From NCBI GenBank assembly GCA_965218295.1, contig CBDCKN010000003.1, positions 128,001-192,000 on the forward strand: a DNA stretch of 64,000 bases. Direction: 5' to 3'. This document shows, one piece after another, positions 18,892 through 27,433 of the stretch. The notes below the pieces were generated by a model, which worked only from the letters and a program-made list of their open reading frames with translations, did no database searches and was not told the origin of the DNA. This DNA comes from Longimicrobiales bacterium. GTDB taxonomy: Bacteria > Gemmatimonadota > Gemmatimonadetes > Longimicrobiales > Gaopeijiaceae. The translations under genes and the position numbers were made by a program. How positions within the stretch are numbered: position 1 is the stretch's first letter; every line of letters begins with the position of its first letter.

Positions 18892-20049
18892 ATGGCTGAG
18901 GTCTATGTCATAGGCGCGGGGTTTCATCCTTTCGGTCGTTTTCCCGAGTCCACCTTTGAAGATCTGAGCCGGGTGGCGATTGACCATGCCCTGCAAGATG
19001 CGGGCATACCCTTTCCCGCCGTTGAAGCAGCCTATGTTGGCAATGTCTCTTCGGGACTCTACGACGCCCGAAGGATCATTCAGCAGTTTGGCTGGTCGGG
19101 CATCCCCATATCCAGACTGGTGCAGGCATCGGCCAGCGGGTCTGCCGCGTTCAGAGAAGCCTATTTAATGGTGGCTCATGAGGTGTATGGCACCGCCCTG
19201 GTGGTTGGCTTCGAGAAGATGGAACGGGGCCTGCTGCCGGGGACTGTGGGGGTTATGACGGGCCGGCATCACCTGGATGTGATGGGACTCGACGCCATTC
19301 CGGCAAGGGTGGCGCTGGAGATGAAGAAGCGCATGGAGATGTTTGGCGAGAGCCCAGAGATGTTCGCCCAGGTGGCGGTGCAGGCCTCGGAATGTGCCGC
19401 CACGAATCCCAACGCCCATTATCGAAACAGGCATAGCATCCAGGAGGTTCTCCAATCCAGAATGATCAGCGAACCGCTCACCCTTTACCAGTGTTGCCCC
19501 ACGAGTGACGGCGCAGCAGCCGTGATCCTCTGTAGTGAGTCCAGGGCCAGACAGGTTGGCTTGAGTCGTGCCGTGCGGGTGGCGGGTTGGGCCTCCGGCT
19601 CACCGGACTACACCGATTACATCGGTGGCCCGGGAAGCGATATCGGAGGGGATTTTAAAGGTCAGACCCTGAGCCGTCGGCTGGTGCGGACGGCTTACGA
19701 AAGGGCTGGCGCGGGGCCTGAAGAGATCCGGGTAGCGCAAGTTCATGATCCCTTTACCCTGGCCGCCTTGGTCGACTTGGAAAGCCTTGGTTTCTGTGCC
19801 GAAGGGGAGGCGGGTCGGTGGTACATGGAGGGGAAGTCTCATATCAACGGTAAGGTGGCCATCAACACGGATGGAGGGCTTTTGTGTAAAGGGCATCCCC
19901 TCGGGGCCTCAGGGGTGGCGCAGGTGGCTGAGATCACATGCCAGCTGCGCGGCGAGTCCGGACCGCGTCAAGTTCCGGGAAAACCAAAGCTGGGGCTCAC
20001 GCACAATTCCGGTGCGGGGATGATCAACATCCATGTTTTTCAAAAATAG
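18892..20049 (+). CDS. SCP2/SCP-x-type thiolase-family protein (nucleophile position Ser)
   Basis: GFEKM, CCPTSDGAAA, QVHDPFT, NTDGGLLCKGHPLGASG; QASASGS where NACASGS is typical. Confidence 0.88.
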   Translation: MAEVYVIGAGFHPFGRFPESTFEDLSRVAIDHALQDAGIPFPAVEAAYVGNVSSGLYDARRIIQQFGWSGIPISRLVQASASGSAAFREAYLMVAHEVYGTALVVGFEKMERGLLPGTVGVMTGRHHLDVMGLDAIPARVALEMKKRMEMFGESPEMFAQVAVQASECAATNPNAHYRNRHSIQEVLQSRMISEPLTLYQCCPTSDGAAAVILCSESRARQVGLSRAVRVAGWASGSPDYTDYIGGPGSDIGGDFKGQTLSRRLVRTAYERAGAGPEEIRVAQVHDPFTLAALVDLESLGFCAEGEAGRWYMEGKSHINGKVAINTDGGLLCKGHPLGASGVAQVAEITCQLRGESGPRQVPGKPKLGLTHNSGAGMINIHVFQK

Positions 20050-20107
20050 CGGACTCACGCATACGCCTTTCCATCCGAGGCCACGGCGCGAAGTCGCGGT
20101 CGCGGCC

Positions 20108-21958
20108 CTACCGCGGAATCACGGGCAGCAAAACGTGGGACGGGTACTCCGGGCTGTGGTAGACGGCCTGCTGGGCCGTCTCCATTCGGGTGCCCGTTCC
20201 CGGATCCTCCCCGGTATTCAGGTTTCGATCGAATCGCGGGAAGTTGCTGCTGGAGATCTCGAACCGGATCCTATGCCCAGGTAGGAACGTATTGCTGGTC
20301 GACCACAGGTCGATCGTGTACTCGTAGATACTGCCGGGTTCGATCTGGGTCGGCTGCGTGGGTGAGTCGCGATAGCGGGCCCGAATGATCCCGTCCTGAA
20401 TGTTCTGCGCGTAGCCGTCGGGATGCACGTCCACGAGCTTAGCGGTCCAGTCGGTGTCCCTTGCTGACGTTGCGGCATACAGTGTGACAGTGATCGGGCC
20501 CGTTACTTCGACCGGCTCCGTCAACACGGGTGACGCATAAACCAGCACGTCGTGGCGGCGCTCGGCAGCACGCTGATCAAATGCGCCCATTGGCACGAGG
20601 TCGCTCCGGCAGCAGTTGTTGCCGCCGAGCGTCGGAACCGGATTGGCAGGATCATATATGAACGTGTCACTCGGGGTGCCACCCTCGGGCGGGTCGGTGG
20701 ACAGGCTGCCGTCACCAAAAAGTGTGTTCGCGTTGCCGCCGCTGTGCAGGTAGTACTTCGTGTACCGCGTCCGCTCAAGTGGCCACTCATTCTCGTACCG
20801 CCAGTAGTTCTCGCCCATCACAAATATCTTGATCGGCGGCTCGTCGGCGACACCGTTGTCCATGCCCTTCAACCAGTAATCGAACCAGCGCAGGTAGACC
20901 GGCTGCATGTCGACTTCCGCCGCCGGACCGAAGTCGACCCGGTTGGTCTGATACGGCGCGTCGCCGCGGAAATTCGATCTACTGCCAGTGCTGTGCACCC
21001 ACGGCCCGACCATGAGCCGCTTGCCCTGTCTGGCCACCTCGGTCTTGCCCTGTTCCCGGATCTCGACGTCGTCCTGAAGCATTCCGCTCAGGAAGATGTC
21101 ATACCAGCCGCCAACGTTTAACATCGGCACCGCGACTTCGTCCTGCGCCGCCTCGTGGCTGTTATCGTCCCAGTAAGCGTCACGCGTCGGGTGCCTCACC
21201 CAGTCGCGGTAGTGCTGGTTGCGGCGACCCACAGCCTCGTCCGCGGTGGCAATCGGTAGATGCTGGAACGCCTCGGGCCAGTCGTAGGCGAGGTACTCCT
21301 GGTTGACCCGCCCGTCGATGAAGAGACCGCCCCAGGGCAGAGCAAATCCATACTGAAACGCGCCGCCCGTGTAGATCCAGTTCCCGTAGATGTTCAGTGT
21401 CGTCACCGTCGGGGCCATGGCGGTCAGGTACTCACTACCGCGGATCGCCTGCGTCATCTGCGTGAACCCGACGTACGACCCGCCCATCGTCCCGATCTTG
21501 CCGTTGCTCCACGGCTGCGTACCCAGCCATTCGTCGGTATCGAAGCCGTCGTCTGGCTCGTTCTTGAACGCGTAGAAGGTACCGTCGGAATCGTAGCGAC
21601 CGCGGACGTCCTGCTGAACGACAACGTAGCCGCGCTCGGCGAACCATTTCGATTGCTCGACCGCGCCTAGCGAGTTGTTGCTGTAGGGCGTGCGCACGAG
21701 AATCACGGGGAACGTTCCGTCGGCATCTGGCCGGTAGATGTCGGCCGAGAGGGTCACACCATCGCGCATCGGAACGCGAACGTTGTGCTCCATCCACACG
21801 TCGTAGCTCGGTTTCGAGAGTGTGCCCTGGTCATAATGGACGACGTCCGTCGGCTGTTGAGCCACGCCGACAATCTGTCCGCTGAGTCCCGGAGGGACGA
21901 CCGCCGCGAGTCCCGTCACACCCGCGAGGAACAGGATGGGAAATGAACGCCGCATCAT
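20108..21958 (-). CDS. CocE/NonD family serine hydrolase (copy 2), secreted
   Basis: Near-identical to 6768-8654; nucleophile GGSY; ends PVIPR*. Confidence 0.93.
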   Translation of the reverse strand: MMRRSFPILFLAGVTGLAAVVPPGLSGQIVGVAQQPTDVVHYDQGTLSKPSYDVWMEHNVRVPMRDGVTLSADIYRPDADGTFPVILVRTPYSNNSLGAVEQSKWFAERGYVVVQQDVRGRYDSDGTFYAFKNEPDDGFDTDEWLGTQPWSNGKIGTMGGSYVGFTQMTQAIRGSEYLTAMAPTVTTLNIYGNWIYTGGAFQYGFALPWGGLFIDGRVNQEYLAYDWPEAFQHLPIATADEAVGRRNQHYRDWVRHPTRDAYWDDNSHEAAQDEVAVPMLNVGGWYDIFLSGMLQDDVEIREQGKTEVARQGKRLMVGPWVHSTGSRSNFRGDAPYQTNRVDFGPAAEVDMQPVYLRWFDYWLKGMDNGVADEPPIKIFVMGENYWRYENEWPLERTRYTKYYLHSGGNANTLFGDGSLSTDPPEGGTPSDTFIYDPANPVPTLGGNNCCRSDLVPMGAFDQRAAERRHDVLVYASPVLTEPVEVTGPITVTLYAATSARDTDWTAKLVDVHPDGYAQNIQDGIIRARYRDSPTQPTQIEPGSIYEYTIDLWSTSNTFLPGHRIRFEISSSNFPRFDRNLNTGEDPGTGTRMETAQQAVYHSPEYPSHVLLPVIPR

Positions 21959-22070
21959 CGCTTCACCTCCATATGAAGGACGGGTAACCTTTCCCGCCGC
22001 TGCCGATCAGGGCGGTGACTTCGTAGGAGCCTGGGCGGAGGGCCATGTTGGCTACGGTAACGGAGGGGCT

Positions 22071-22099
22071 ATTCTACCGCCAGTTGGTCTATCGGGTAA
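22071..22099 (-). promoter_or_regulatory. Sigma70-like promoter of CocE copy 2 (TTACCC-N17-TAGAAT)
   Basis: Identical to 8746-8774; homology between the copies stops 2 nt beyond the -35 box. Confidence 0.55.
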
Positions 22100-22239
22100 G
22101 CACAACCTCATTTGCATATTTCCTTCAACAGGTGGTGTCCTGCGCCCTGCGGCCTATATCTTTTGTTCCTCAGGGCCCACATTTGGCGTTTTCTGTATTT
22201 TCTTCCAGTGCATTGCGAAGTGAAAAGCAGAAACCCTTT

Positions 22240-22269
22240 TTGACATCGTGCTCGACAAAACCTCATATT
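22240..22269 (+). promoter_or_regulatory. Candidate sigma70 promoter (TTGACA-N18-CATATT) for the crotonase gene
   Basis: Perfect TTGACA at 22240-22245 in an AT-rich intergenic region just before ATG 22279/22285. Confidence 0.4.
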
Positions 22270-22278
22270 AGGAAATCC

Positions 22279-23073
22279 ATGCTTATGTCCAACAATGTTG
22301 TGCTCCTAGGTATCGACGCCCGCGGCGTCGCAACGATTACGTTGAATCGCCCGGAGGTAAACAATGCTTATAACGATGCGGTGATCGGCGGACTGAACGA
22401 TGCACTTGCCGCCTGTGATGCCGATGACAATGTTCGCGCAGTGATCGTGCGTGGAAACGGAAAGCACTTTCAGGCCGGAGCCGATCTGAAATGGTTACGC
22501 AGCGTCAGTGCTCTTGGTGCCGAGGAAAACATCGAGATCTCGCGCCGTACGGCCGATGTCATGCGCAGCATCGACCGATTCCCAAAACCCACTGTGGCCC
22601 TGGTGCACGGTGGCTGTTTCGGTGGCGGTGTGGGCATCATCGCCTCGTGCGACGTGGTGATTGCCTCCGAAGACGCCACCTTTGGCATCACGGAGGTCCG
22701 TTGGGGCATGGCGCCGATCATTATCATTCCGCAATTGATCGCCGCCATCGGCGCGCGCAACGTGCGACGCTATGCGCTGTCGTGCGAACGCTTCGATGCG
22801 AAACGGGCGAAAGCCATGGGTCTAGTGCATGAGATCTGCCCTCGCGGCGGATTGGACAAAGCGGCGGCGCCGATTATCGATCAGCTTTTTCTGAGCGCAC
22901 CGAGCGCGCTTGCACAGACAAAAGTCGCCGTGCTGGAGCACAGCGATACCCTATACTCACCCGGGTACTTCGAGCAACTGGTGGGCCAGCACGCAGAAAA
23001 ACGCCGGTCTGCTGAAGCCCGCGAGGGGATGGAAAGCTTTCAGGAGAAGCGCAAACCTGATTGGTACCGATGA
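22279..23073 (+). CDS. Enoyl-CoA hydratase/isomerase (methylglutaconyl-CoA hydratase-like)
   Basis: ITLNRPEVNNAY, FQAGADL, GGCFGGGVG, FGITEVRWG, EKRKPDW. Confidence 0.9.
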   Translation: MLMSNNVVLLGIDARGVATITLNRPEVNNAYNDAVIGGLNDALAACDADDNVRAVIVRGNGKHFQAGADLKWLRSVSALGAEENIEISRRTADVMRSIDRFPKPTVALVHGGCFGGGVGIIASCDVVIASEDATFGITEVRWGMAPIIIIPQLIAAIGARNVRRYALSCERFDAKRAKAMGLVHEICPRGGLDKAAAPIIDQLFLSAPSALAQTKVAVLEHSDTLYSPGYFEQLVGQHAEKRRSAEAREGMESFQEKRKPDWYR

Positions 23074-23193
23074 GCTGAGTGTGCGCGGCCTCGTTACTGG
23101 CGCCCCCTGCTTTGGCGTCGTCATAGGTTTTGATCTGCCAATGCGCACTCGTCCCCGCCTTTGGCCTCATGAAACAAGTGGAAAACGACGATT

Positions 23194-25014
23194 ATGCCTG
23201 ACATGGAAAGCCTGCGGAAACCGCCAACTATTCATCAAATCGATGTCGCCGTCATCGGCGCGGGCGGCGCCGGCCTGCGCGCCGCAAGAGGACTTGCTGA
23301 GGCTGATATACCGGTCGCCATTTTGTCGAAGGTTCCCTTCAAGTTGGCTCACACCCGCGAAGCTCAGGGAGGCATCGCCGCACAGCGTGGTGCCCCGGAT
23401 TCTTTTGAGATCCACCTGCAGGACACGATCAAGGGTGGCAACTACCTGGTTGATGCTGACGCTGCCGACATCCTCGTCAAAGAAGCTCCCGAGGTCCTCG
23501 ATGACATGCGGGAGATCATGGTCCAGTATGACATGGATTTTGACAAGGAAGACGACAAGGTCACCATTCGCCTGAAAACGTTTGGTGGCCATTCCCAGGC
23601 GCGGGGACATTCGGTTGGCGACAAGACCGGAGAAGCCCTGCATGAATCCATCCTCCGGAAGCTTAAGGAGATCAAAGCTTCTAGAGAAAAGGAAGGCAAG
23701 ACACCGGTTGAATTCTACGAAAAGTACTTTGTCACCAGGCTCATTCGAGTAGGTGACCAGATCGCCGGCGTCGTTGCCATCAACACTGATGACTACACGG
23801 TTCATGTGTTTCAGACCAAAGCCCTCATCATGGCGACGGGAGGGACCGGGCAGGTGTTCGCCTATACGTCGAACACCGAAGACAACACCGGTGACGGCTA
23901 CGCCCTCGCGCTCGAAGCCGGCATCGGCGTGCAGGATATGGAGTTCATACAGTTCCATCCGACCGGTATCCCCGTCAAGATGGGCGAAGCGGACCAGATC
24001 AGACTCGAAACGGTCGCCGGTTTTCGAGATCCCCGTCCGGGATTCCTCATTTCGGAGAAGACGCGGTCAGAGGGCGCCTACCTGCTCAATTCCAAAGGTG
24101 AGCGCTTCATGGACAAATACGATGAGCGCCTGGAGATGGCTCCCAGAGATGTCGTTTCACGTGCCATCTATATGGAGATTACCGAGGGGCGTGGCATTCC
24201 TCTCGAGGGGGAAACGGAAGCCAAATACGTCCACCTCGACATGCGTCATATCCCCGACCTTCACGCCAGAACACCGGGCGCCATCGACTCGATCAACACC
24301 CAACTGGGGCTCGATGCCCAGAATGACCTCGTTCCGATCAGACCGACTGCCCACTATACGATGGGCGGCATCCCGATCGATCTCGGTACACGTGTTGTCA
24401 TTGACGAGGAGCAGAGACGTCCCGATTACCAGCCGAAAACCGTCGGTGGGCTCTACGCGGCCGGCGAAGCCGCGAATGCATCAGTACACGGAGCAAATCG
24501 ACTGGGAACCAACTCCCTTCTCGAGATTTTCGTTTTCGGCCGTAAAGCGGCGACAACGGTTGGAGCGGATATAGTCGACCGGGAGTATCTGGAGCTTCCG
24601 GAGGATGTGATGACGTCGACTCGAGAGGAGCTGGACGCCCTGCTAGAGATTGACGGAAAAGAAGATATCCGCGAGCTGCGTGAGGATTTGCAGGACTTGA
24701 TGGAGCAGAACGTCGGAGTATTCAGGAACGAAGAGCTCCTGACTAGGGCATTGAGCGGCATCGAAAGCTTATGGAAAAGACACGAAAGCATTCGGCCGGA
24801 GACCCCCGAGGATTACCGGGCACTCAGAGAGCTGCGCAACATGCTGCGGGTCGCCAAGGTCATATCGACGAGCGCGCTCAATCGCCAGGAATCACGTGGC
24901 GGGCACAATCGGGTGGACTTCAAGGAGACGAAAGAGGAGTTCCGCAAGCACACCCTTGCCAGGACCGGCGAGGACGGAAGCGTTACGCTTACCTACAAGG
25001 CGGTGTGCACCTAG
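23194..25014 (+). CDS. Succinate dehydrogenase/fumarate reductase flavoprotein-like protein (orphan)
   Basis: GAGGAG, HTREAQGG (covalent-FAD His), ATGG, QFHPTG, EMAPRDVVSRAI, HYTMGG, VHGANRLGTNSL, ESRGGH. Confidence 0.88.
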   Translation: MPDMESLRKPPTIHQIDVAVIGAGGAGLRAARGLAEADIPVAILSKVPFKLAHTREAQGGIAAQRGAPDSFEIHLQDTIKGGNYLVDADAADILVKEAPEVLDDMREIMVQYDMDFDKEDDKVTIRLKTFGGHSQARGHSVGDKTGEALHESILRKLKEIKASREKEGKTPVEFYEKYFVTRLIRVGDQIAGVVAINTDDYTVHVFQTKALIMATGGTGQVFAYTSNTEDNTGDGYALALEAGIGVQDMEFIQFHPTGIPVKMGEADQIRLETVAGFRDPRPGFLISEKTRSEGAYLLNSKGERFMDKYDERLEMAPRDVVSRAIYMEITEGRGIPLEGETEAKYVHLDMRHIPDLHARTPGAIDSINTQLGLDAQNDLVPIRPTAHYTMGGIPIDLGTRVVIDEEQRRPDYQPKTVGGLYAAGEAANASVHGANRLGTNSLLEIFVFGRKAATTVGADIVDREYLELPEDVMTSTREELDALLEIDGKEDIRELREDLQDLMEQNVGVFRNEELLTRALSGIESLWKRHESIRPETPEDYRALRELRNMLRVAKVISTSALNRQESRGGHNRVDFKETKEEFRKHTLARTGEDGSVTLTYKAVCT

Positions 25015-25041
25015 CCCGTCCGCACGGAGCCAAGATCTGCT

Positions 25042-25060
25042 CGGTGACCGGCGGTCACCG
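25042..25060. terminator. GC hairpin between convergent genes (CGGTGACC-GGC-GGTCACCG)
   Basis: Perfect 8-bp stem between the stops at 25014 and 25072; no U-tract. Confidence 0.3.
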
Positions 25061-25071
25061 CTGGTCGCCGT

Positions 25072-26091
25072 TTACCCCGCGAGCTCCTGGCGTACGATGG
25101 CTGCACCGGCGACCATCGATTTAATCTTGCCGAAGGCGACGTGGCGCGGGCAGTGATTGAACCCGCAGTCGGGAGTCACGACAATGCGCTCGGGCGCTAC
25201 GTGCTCTGCCGCCAGTTTGACGTTGGCAGCCACTTCCTCCGGCGTTTCCACGAAATAGGACTTTACGTCGACGACTCCGACGCCCACCTTGCACTCCGTC
25301 GGCAACTGTTCGAGTAGGCCGATCTGCGCAAACTCGCGGTTGGCAAACTCGAAATTGAACTGATCACAATTGGCATCACCGAGGTTGGGGGTGATGTACG
25401 AGTAGTTCCGTTTGTCGTGTGATCTCCCCTTGAAGTTGCCGAAGCAGAAATGCAATCCGACGGTGGCATCCACACCGTCGCGGGTTTTGTTGAAGATGCT
25501 AATCAGCTTTTTCGCGTCTTCGTGAGTCGTGGCGTAGCGCGGTTCGTCAATTTGCAAATAGGTTCCTCCGGCGTTGACGAGGGCTTTCATCTCCGCGTTG
25601 ACAATCTGGGTCATGGCGGCTATCAGCGACTCTTTGTCCGAGTACCCTCCCTTGAGGATGAGCGGGAGTGACAGCGTGATTGGGCCGGGCACGCAGATCT
25701 TGACAGGTTTGTCAGTCAGCGTTTTCAGGTACTCGAGCTCTTCGACGACACCGAGACCGTTGGGAGCTGTAACTTCGCCGACAACTTCGTAGCGCGGATT
25801 CTGGTCGTATCCCGCCGAGCCGAAGGTCCTCCGTGGCGAGATCTTGTTGAGCCCGCTCATGAGGCCATAGAAATTCTGAATGAAATCACGACGACGCATC
25901 TCGCCGTCTGTGAGTATATCGATCCCGGCTTTCTGCTGGTCGAGCAATGCCATGTTGACAGCATCGTCGAGCGTCTCCTGGATATCCGATTCGCCGAGAT
26001 CGCCATGCTCTTCTGCTCGTTCAATCGCGATCCACAGCCAGCTCGGCAGCGCGTAACTGCCGATGAGTTCCGTCGGAAAGAGCTGATTCAT
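25072..26091 (-). CDS. Cobalamin-independent methionine synthase II family (single-barrel MetE-like) protein
   Basis: FPTELIGSY, TDGEMRR, PGPITL, QIDEP, Zn ligands LHFCFGN, FEF and PDCG; AAGGTG RBS before ATG 26091. Confidence 0.85.
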   Translation of the reverse strand: MNQLFPTELIGSYALPSWLWIAIERAEEHGDLGESDIQETLDDAVNMALLDQQKAGIDILTDGEMRRRDFIQNFYGLMSGLNKISPRRTFGSAGYDQNPRYEVVGEVTAPNGLGVVEELEYLKTLTDKPVKICVPGPITLSLPLILKGGYSDKESLIAAMTQIVNAEMKALVNAGGTYLQIDEPRYATTHEDAKKLISIFNKTRDGVDATVGLHFCFGNFKGRSHDKRNYSYITPNLGDANCDQFNFEFANREFAQIGLLEQLPTECKVGVGVVDVKSYFVETPEEVAANVKLAAEHVAPERIVVTPDCGFNHCPRHVAFGKIKSMVAGAAIVRQELAG

Positions 26092-26311
26092 CTGTCGGAT
26101 CACCTTATTGGTTTCCGCCCCACCACCTCGAGGTCGTTGGCGAAAATGATTGACTGGCCAGAGGCTGTAGGGATAGGCACCATAGGGGCATGGCGTCCGC
26201 TATCGGCCCAACCCAGCAGCTAAGCAGCCCGAAGACGAAGAGGCGTTCTCCCCTTGGAGTGGGAATCGTAGACTCATCGCTCGCACCAGGGGTGCGGCAC
26301 TCAAGTATCGG

Positions 26312-26431
26312 AATATCGGCGTTCGCGTCGAGGACAACTACGTCCTCACGCCCGGGGGGCTCACGCGTCTATCTGACGTGCCCCGCGAAATCGCGGACCT
26401 CGAGGCTTTGCGCGCGGCAGGCCCTCGCTAG
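26312..26431 (+). pseudogene. C-terminal scrap of an M24 Xaa-Pro aminopeptidase
   Basis: NIGVRVEDNYVLTPGGLTRLSDVPREIADLEALRAAGPR*; the GVRxED motif is present with no upstream part. Confidence 0.75.
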
Positions 26432-27054
26432 GCGGGGGCAGCGGACTGCCCTCTCCCCATGAACAACACCCCGAGAATGGCATACCAGACATTGCTCAGG
26501 TAGCCGGGAATCGGTACAGGCAGGGTAATCCCGAATAGGTTCAACGCTAGCGACGCCACGCCGAGCAACACCCCGAGCCAGGCGAGCCACGCCGGCCAGC
26601 CGTCATCTTTCAACATTGCCAGGCCGTAGGCCGCCATGGCCACCGGGAAGAGGAACCCCGCCCCTGCAAACATGGATAGTACGACAGCAGATACGGCAAT
26701 AAACGCGTGGTCGGCCGCGGCACCACTGCCGGCTGCGACCGTCGAGAAACCAGACGTCTCCAGCGCACCGATCGCAAAGACCGCAACGCCGCCGACGATC
26801 ACCAATCCAGTGGCGGCAAGCGCAAGGCCCCCGCCCGCTGTACCCGCAAAGTGCTTAGCGAGAAAGAGCGCAGCGACGACGAAAAGCGTGCCCGTAATAC
26901 CGATCGCGACGTGCGAGATCGTCCAGCTCGTGCCGAGCGCAGCGTATGCGTCTAGGGTTTCCGGCTGGGGTCCGTGGAAAAAGATTCCCACGACTCCCGC
27001 CAGGGCGGCGAGGATGAGAGCGATGCCACCCAACTGATAGCTCTTCTGATCCAT
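26428..27054 (-). CDS. Hypothetical multi-pass membrane protein (about 6 TM)
   Basis: MDQKSYQLGGIALILAALAG..., 208 aa, strongly hydrophobic. Confidence 0.75.
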   Translation of the reverse strand: MDQKSYQLGGIALILAALAGVVGIFFHGPQPETLDAYAALGTSWTISHVAIGITGTLFVVAALFLAKHFAGTAGGGLALAATGLVIVGGVAVFAIGALETSGFSTVAAGSGAAADHAFIAVSAVVLSMFAGAGFLFPVAMAAYGLAMLKDDGWPAWLAWLGVLLGVASLALNLFGITLPVPIPGYLSNVWYAILGVLFMGRGQSAAPA

Positions 27055-27159
27055 GACTCTTTCCCGTGTCGAGAGGAGAGGGCTTGTGCCTAACGTGAAG
27101 CTCAGCTTAGAGTGGACCCTGCTCTGCCGCAAGGAAGCGCTCCGCCAGGTACCGTCTCC

Positions 27160-27430
27160 TCCGGCCCGGGGATCTGACGAAGTACCGTTTCCGTCGCGCC
27201 CTCCCGGCCGAGAGCCTTTTGATGGCAGTACGTGTGAACGAGAGCCGTGGGGGCCTCCACCGGGCCGAGATCGAGCCGTGCTCGGCCAGCCTCCGCCTCC
27301 CGCAGCAGGAATTCGTCGAGAAGTAATGATCCGTCCGCGAGCCGTGCGCTCTCCTCCCCGGGGAGGAGCATCGGGATCTCGTCGCGCAGGGTGAGAAGGC
27401 AGGACGGCTCCAACCCCACCACGGCACACG
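27160..27430 (-). pseudogene. Internal scrap of an FAD/Fe-S (CCG-domain) oxidoreductase
   Basis: VVGLEPSCLLTLRDE...LLLDEFL...VHTYCHQKA...LRQIPG; no start or end of the parent gene. Confidence 0.75.
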
Positions 27431-27433
27431 TTT

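Noticed and set aside
6768..21958. Diversity-generating retroelement explanation for the variable CocE copies
   Set aside because: No reverse transcriptase in the window, differences are not restricted to adenines, and they span the whole gene rather than a short VR/TR pair.
26092..26310. SAM or cobalamin riboswitch upstream of the MetE-like gene
   Set aside because: I could not find SAM-I or B12-box consensus elements by eye; an Rfam scan would settle it.
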